Shown here: in pieces, positions 56,761-64,000 of the stretch | Position numbering within the stretch: position 1 is the first letter of the stretch | How the letters are laid out: every line of letters starts with the position of its first letter | Assembly: GCA_951406725.2 (NCBI GenBank) | Contig: OX597822.1 | Coordinates: 105,400,001 to 105,464,000, forward strand | DNA from: Octopus vulgaris | Lineage: Eukaryota | Direction: 5' to 3' | Length of the DNA stretch: 64,000 bases | The notes under the pieces: generated by a model | The model's database searches: none | Seen by the model: only the letters and a program-made list of their open reading frames with translations | Told to the model about the DNA's origin: nothing | Translations under genes and position numbers: made by a program

Positions 56761-56765
<5 letters not shown>

Positions 56766-57190
56766 TAACAGAATGAGATAAAAATCCAAGGCTGTGAAAG
56801 ATTTCAGAACATTTATAAATAAAAGGTTTTACAGCTTTTCCGGGATATTTTATATATACCTTCAATCTCGAGACGGTGTGAGAAGATGGTTAAGCAATAG
56901 TTACTCTAGATAAGAGTGAAGTGGAGGAATTAAAATAGATGGGAGATGTGCAGGGGTGTTGTTTTGGAACTACAGATACAATATCCCTGCAACCCTCACG
57001 TCTATTTTCATTCCTCCACTTCACTCACTATTTCAAATCTTATCTAGAATAACTATTGCTTAACCATCATCTCACACCATCTCCGATGAAGGGATATATA
57101 AAATATCCCGGAAACAGCCGTAAGTCCTTCTAATTATAAATGTTCTGACATCTTTCACAGCCTTGGATTTTATCTCATTCTGTTAATTTA
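56761..57190. mobile_element. 430-bp palindromic PLE-like element in (TA)n with a hammerhead in each arm
   Basis: Arms about 56761-56962 and 56978-57190. Confidence 0.8.
57080..57125 (+). ncRNA. Minimal hammerhead motif (U4C variant)
   Basis: ct-CCGATGA-A-GGGATAT ataaa ATATCCC-G-GAAAC-agcc-GTA-ag. Confidence 0.65.
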
Positions 57191-57202
57191 TATATATATA
57201 TG

Positions 57203-57249
<47 letters not shown>

Positions 57250-57271
57250 TACATATATTTACATATATATA

Positions 57272-57316
<45 letters not shown>

Positions 57317-58424
57317 CCACGCTCATAACCACACTTGTACGCATGGACATACGCATACACACATGCACACACACAAACATACATACGTATGTGTGTGTGT
57401 GTGTACACCTATCTACCTATGTCACACAAGTTTCAGAATATAATGCATATTCTGATTCAACACCTTAGAATTACTTCATATGAATAATTTGAATTAAACC
57501 ATCACCCATAGGTGTGAATTACATTCTAGATTAATCATTTCTTCAAGCTAATATAATCACTTCTTTACTTTCTTGAAACCAATGAACTCAATCCGTTGTT
57601 CCTTTGATTTCTTAATGTCCACGGTGTTTTCTCATTCAAAATCCGCCATGAGTTATATTTGTTAATTTTTAGTTACTCCAGCTACACTTATAGAATTAAT
57701 TTTCTTGTATCATTTTCATTATCGCTCTTCGAAATGGTTGTTTACCTAGTTTAAGTTACGCAGTCAATATGTAACTCATTTGTCATAATTACTCTTTTAA
57801 TACGTTACTCCAGCAACGACTAATTAATTTGGAGCTGCACAATTGCAATAAAATTTTGTGGTCATCTGACGCAGCTAGACTTTATAGAATGCGGCTCTAG
57901 TTGATGATCTATACTTAAATTATGATATAAAAATGTTGAATAGGCATATTGAATTGCTTCCAATTTAGACCATCAGTAAGTGATTGATTTACATAAGTGG
58001 CAACAATAAGGATAGTCTGGTCGGTTTAACGAACCAGCTTGGTATAATGTTGCTTTGACTATAAGTGAGCAGGAATATGGTAAAGCTCTTAGACGACAAT
58101 AATGATAGAACCACACACTTATTGAGATGCTTTTATTCTACATTTTGTATGCGGTTTTTATAGAAACCAATTTCGAATTTTACACATTTATAAAGCAAAA
58201 TCAGCGTCACGCATAGATTTTTATGCCTGCTACTTCATGGTACGTAATAATTATTTTAATGATTTGCAACAGTACGACGGTTTATTCCAGCAATATGATG
58301 TTGATGAGTTAAGATATTACTCAAGCAATATGCTATCAAGAAGCTAAGGTGCTACTCTTGAAATATGTTGTTGATATGGTGAGGTGGAACCTGAATGGTC
58401 GCTATATGTTCATCCTTATATATG

Positions 58425-58540
58425 TTCATCGATTAAATAAGTACCAGTTACGCACTGGGGTCGATATAATCGACTTAGTTCCTTTGTCTGTCATTGTTTG
58501 TCCCCTCTATGTTTAGCCTCTTGTGGGCAATAAAGAATTA
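58425..58540 (+). mobile_element. Group-C SINE 3' fragment
   Basis: tcgattaaataagtaccagttacgcactgggg..tgggcaataaagaa. Confidence 0.85.
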
Positions 58541-58729
58541 AATACATGCAAAAAACATTGCATAGGGGTTCGTCTTATGCACAGTATGAATAATAATGGA
58601 GGTGTAGGAATAAAACTGTTGTATATTGTCTACTTAGTTCTGCAGGAAATGCGTCCTGCATGCATGAACGAACTCGTGAGTCTGCAACAAATGTCAAATA
58701 TTATAGAACACCATATCACTTCAACACCT

Positions 58730-58944
58730 ATTTCTTTACTACCCACAAGGTGCTAAACACAGTGAGGACTAACAAGGACACACTAACGGATTAAGTCGAT
58801 TATGTCGACCCCAGTGCGTAACTGGTACTTATTTAATAGACCCCGAAAGGATGAAAGGCAAAGTCGACTCGGAAAGTAGCGGCAGACGAAATACTGCTAA
58901 GCATTTCGCCCGGCGTGCTAACGTTTCTGCCAGCTCACTGCCTT
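58730..58944 (-). mobile_element. Group-C SINE monomer
   Basis: Direct repeat cttcaacacct at 58719-58729 and 58942-58952. Confidence 0.9.
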
Positions 58945-59394
58945 CAACACCTGCAGCTGCAACCTCGTCAGAAACACTTGAATGAAAAGCTCCTCCATAA
59001 ATATTATGTCAATGAGCGACATGACGTCATAGCCAGAAATTTTCAAAATCCCATCAAAATGATGGACCTCAAAAAGAAGCATGACATCATCAGTTGTACA
59101 AGAGGCATTGTGTAAACCAAGGAGTTACAGAAGAGAATCATTTGCCCTGCACGCTGTCCCTGCAGCACACTAAATTAATAACAAATGACCTTATACTTTC
59201 AATGTATCCAGAATCAAAGTACTTTTAAACTATCATTTCTACATGACAAACAATTTATCTCCCCTGGATAAACTTGGTTGATTTTATAAGAGTAATGAAA
59301 CAGTGTATAAAAATGCATGTATGCATATCTGCATTTACGTATTTCCCTATATATGCGTATATCTACCTATGTACGTAAGAGTATATTTATCTAT

Positions 59395-59432
<38 letters not shown>

Positions 59433-59575
59433 ACAATTATTTTCTAATTATAAATGTATATTTATGTTTGATTGTACGTAAATAAATCTATATATTAATA
59501 ATATATATTACACTCACATATATATGCATGCACACCTAGGTATGTGTGTGTAGTGTATGCTTCTGAGTGCGCGTG

Positions 59576-59641
<66 letters not shown>

Positions 59642-59663
59642 TATATACACATATATATGTATG

Positions 59664-59712
<49 letters not shown>

Positions 59713-60360
59713 GTATATACATACATACATACGTACATATCTATGTATGTATGTGTGTGTGTATGTATATGAATATTTATATACGTTGGCGCTGTGTAAA
59801 GTATATAATTTCCTTCAAAATGTCAGCAATGAAATGATGAAGTATCTATCTGTTGTTCAAACAAAAGGAATTTTGACATGTTCCGACATGAAGAACATCC
59901 GATATCGGATTCAGTTTATGACGCTACCTAGTATTACATGAACTAAGGCTACACAGTAAAACGCTTCACATAAGCGCAGTATCAGCTTGTGAATATGAAA
60001 AAAAAACTACCGGGATGAAAAAACAATAGTAGTAATAATAGTAAAAACGATAATAAATCGAAAATAAAGTAGACAGAAAATTAACGTTAACGCCAGATAT
60101 TTCACACGAAAGGAAATGCTAAATATTCAAATGGAATTTTAGTAATAGAAAACAGAGAGATGTAATAGGAAACTCTCAGACAATTATGCATTAGGTAAGA
60201 ATCTAATCACATAGTAATATTTCAGTAATTTGATTCACAGTAATATAACGTAAAACTTTCTTTGCATCTTTCACCCACTTATTTTCCTTCCCTTTTTTTT
60301 CTCGTCTTCTTTTCTGTCTCATTCCTTTTATTATTCTGCGCTGCTTTTTCTCTATACAGC

Positions 60361-60808
<448 letters not shown>

Positions 60809-61434
60809 TGATTTTTCTGCGTTTTTCTGTCCCTCTTTTACTCTGTCACATTTATGCATACACGCATATGTATGTATATATGTATGTGTGTATGTACGTA
60901 GTTATATATATGTATATATACGAGACACATACAACAAAGAGTTAGTTATATATTGATAAAAATGGAAGTGTATGAGAAGCCGTGTATCAGAACAACGATT
61001 ACACGATCTAATTGCGGAAATATAGATATTCAATACACGTACAATCCCAATAAAACTTTTATGTCTTGTTTTCTTACAAATACTATCATTTTCCAATTCT
61101 CACCTTTTTCATCATACCACCCATCTATCCGTTCTGATCATTTATATTCAATATAACTTTTACTTTCCATCAACACTCATTTGTGTTTTACAAAGAAATT
61201 TGTGTCAGAAACATCAAGAAAAAGTTTCGAGAATTAAAATTCATTAGATAAAGCAGGCTACAATTGCAGCTTTCATTTAACTATAATTTGTTCTAATTTT
61301 CTTCTCTCCCCCACATTCTCTCCCAGCTACTATCCCATATATTTGCATACTGACATATTTATCAAATGGATAATTGCAACATACGTTGTATATACTGATA
61401 TATTTGCTTCTAAACATATATCTATATCTATCTA

Positions 61435-61486
<52 letters not shown>

Positions 61487-61552
61487 TAGATAGAAGATAG
61501 ATAGATAATATAGCTTAAAATATATCTAAACTATATCTATATCTATATATAT

Positions 61553-61626
<74 letters not shown>

Positions 61627-62532
61627 TAGATATATGTTTAATATATATATATATATATATATATAGTTATTTTTATGTTAAACTGTCGTGTGTTCAAAGT
61701 TGGCCAAACGCGCTTTTTTCAATATTTATTTTTGCTTACAATAGCCAGTTCTTTTCGTCAGACTAACATATCTCCAACGACTTCAGATGCCATGATATCA
61801 AAATTTGTTAAAGTGTAGTAGAACGTTTTTGCTATGGAATGGTGAAACTATTTTTCGTTTCCTGAAAAAGAGATGTCTTTTATTTACGACAGTTTTGCAT
61901 AATAACAATGATATACAGATATATGTAATCATGCATGTTTCAGAAGTTTATTCTATGTAACTTCGGCCCAACGAAAGTCTCGTCACTGGATTTGGTTATA
62001 GGAGACTGAGAGAAGCCCTTCATATATATGTGCGTGCGTGTATGTGTGGCTGTGTGTGCGTGCGTGCCTGCGTAGGTGTGTGAGTGTGTGTGCGTCTGTG
62101 CTTATGTATGCATGTGTGTGCGTGTGTGTATGTGTTTGAGGGTCTTTGTCTCTGTGATGGGCGCTTGGCCGCTAGGAATGTTATACATATGTTGGGGTGG
62201 GGGAATAGGCCTCCCCGTACATGTGTTCTTAAATTTTTTATGTATTAACTGATGAGTTTCTTTTTTCCTTATAAATACGTGTTTTATATATGAGCGCACG
62301 TATAACCGTTCGCCACCGCAGCTATGTAGCTTTTGTAGTATGCCATATTCTCAGGATTGAGATTAAAGAGCACAGGATTTAGTTGATTGAGGTGTCATAT
62401 TACATGAAAGAAATAGAAAAGAGCTTGAAAGGAATGCAAAATAATGTTTAGATCTTCAAAAGAATGCTGCAGCAAAAACTAAACTTGTTTTGTCTTCCAG
62501 TGAATGGCCTTCGTGGAAAAAATAGCGCATTT

Positions 62533-62605
<73 letters not shown>

Positions 62606-64000
62606 TATACATATATATACACATATATATATATATAATATCAAAAATACGTATAATATCAAAGGAGTATCGCTTTAATACCTTCAGATTATAAGGTCAA
62701 CTAGCAAAGTCACTAGAGCATCGGGTATAGTACGTTGGAGTATTTGACCCGGATCTCTACACTCTGAGTTCAAACTCGGTATGGCCATCTTTTCCCTTTC
62801 AATCTTTCCGAGTCAATAAATCAACTAAAAGTCACATACTGGGTTCAATAATTCTCATCTCTCCATTCTCCCCCTTTCCATTTCGTTGGCTCTCCCCCTT
62901 CCTACCCTATCTCTCTATCTGTTTATTTATCTATCTATCTATCTATTTGTCTTCCCTTCTTCCTCTGTTACAAAATACGCCATTTTGTGAATTTACTATG
63001 AGAAAACTTTATCACATCCTCGTTCAACACATCCCCAGCCCTGGGGGAATAACTCTACGAGAAAGGTGTTGTGGTGGTTTGTGGTGGGTTACACATAGAT
63101 TCTTTTTTTTCCAGAGATGATAAAGTGTTGAGAATGGGCTAACAAATTTATCTCGCAGAAAAATAATATGCTACTGGAATCGTCCAACGATAGACCATTT
63201 TGTAAAGTGAAAAAAAAAGGAACAGAGCAAGAATATGATTAAATGGATCGATCCCATTCCTCGGCTGTTATTCCATTTTATAGTACGTTAAAAACCGCTT
63301 AAATACTTAATGTTTAAAGGGACGGTTTGAAGAATCACTTTGCGTGATTTGGGATCGACATTAGATTCTGGTGCTTTAAATATAGAAAAATTTATGGATT
63401 TGCTTATACATTAATGTAAGTGGCTCCTTAAAGTTCCCACGTGACGTAGAGCAGAAAATATCGTCACTATTGTCACACAACATATTATATAATTTCTCAC
63501 AGAATGAAAGAAAGTATTCTCGTGTTGTTGTTTTAAAATATCCGCCATTACTCTACTATCTATCCGTGACTGGGAATTTGATAAATACAGCTTCTCGTGC
63601 GTAACGAAGGAAAAAGTTCAGATTTTATTATTTCATCCGTTTTCAGTTATTTTCAGTTAGTTTCAAGATCGCTTTTTTTTTTCCATATGAATATTAAATT
63701 AGACACACTCTAGCTTCTATTTTACCATATTTTCTTACAATTTGCTGTTATGCATGGGAAATTTGCTTCTCTTTTGTGCGTTGAATGATAATATTGTTGC
63801 TTTCCTCTGTGATGATCGTCTCCTTGCAATTATTCTTTTTTGTTCAGATCATATTTACCCGCCATTCAATATACATTTCTACATAAAAATCATTTTTTAC
63901 TACAAGGTTAAAGGATTTTTTTTTATTGGACTTGCGTTATTTGAAGTTTGACTTCATCGGTCTTCTTTTCAACCTCTTTGGAAGTTTTTATTTATAAGAA

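Noticed and set aside
62245-62290. CTGATGA followed by AAATACGTGTT as another hammerhead
   Set aside because: No convincing stem II and GAAAC is degenerate; too weak to call, though an old relic is possible.

Overview
AT-rich, microsatellite-dense eukaryotic non-coding DNA (intron or gene desert). The SINE repertoire suggests an octopus genome; this is recognition from sequence, not a database result. No intact host gene is supported, and almost all ORF-track entries are microsatellite or SINE artefacts. The window holds three main tRNA-derived SINE groups (my labels A, B, C), several with clear TSDs, nesting or dimers. It also holds fragments of R4/Dong-type non-LTR retrotransposons sitting in (TAA)n tracts, DNA-transposon and Helitron-like remnants, and two adjacent triplet-built minisatellites at 41.5-44.9 kb. 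The main signal is about ten short non-coding islets, mostly embedded in (TA)n microsatellites and often long inverted repeats. They carry minimal type I hammerhead ribozyme motifs (CUGANGA, stem II, GAAAC, palindromic stem III, GUH), which is the architecture known from Penelope-like element (PLE) terminal repeats. One motif is canonical (2707-2770), one family shares an unusual U at core position 6, and the rest are decayed to varying degrees. A possible decayed Penelope RT relic lies at about 8.8-9.0 kb.
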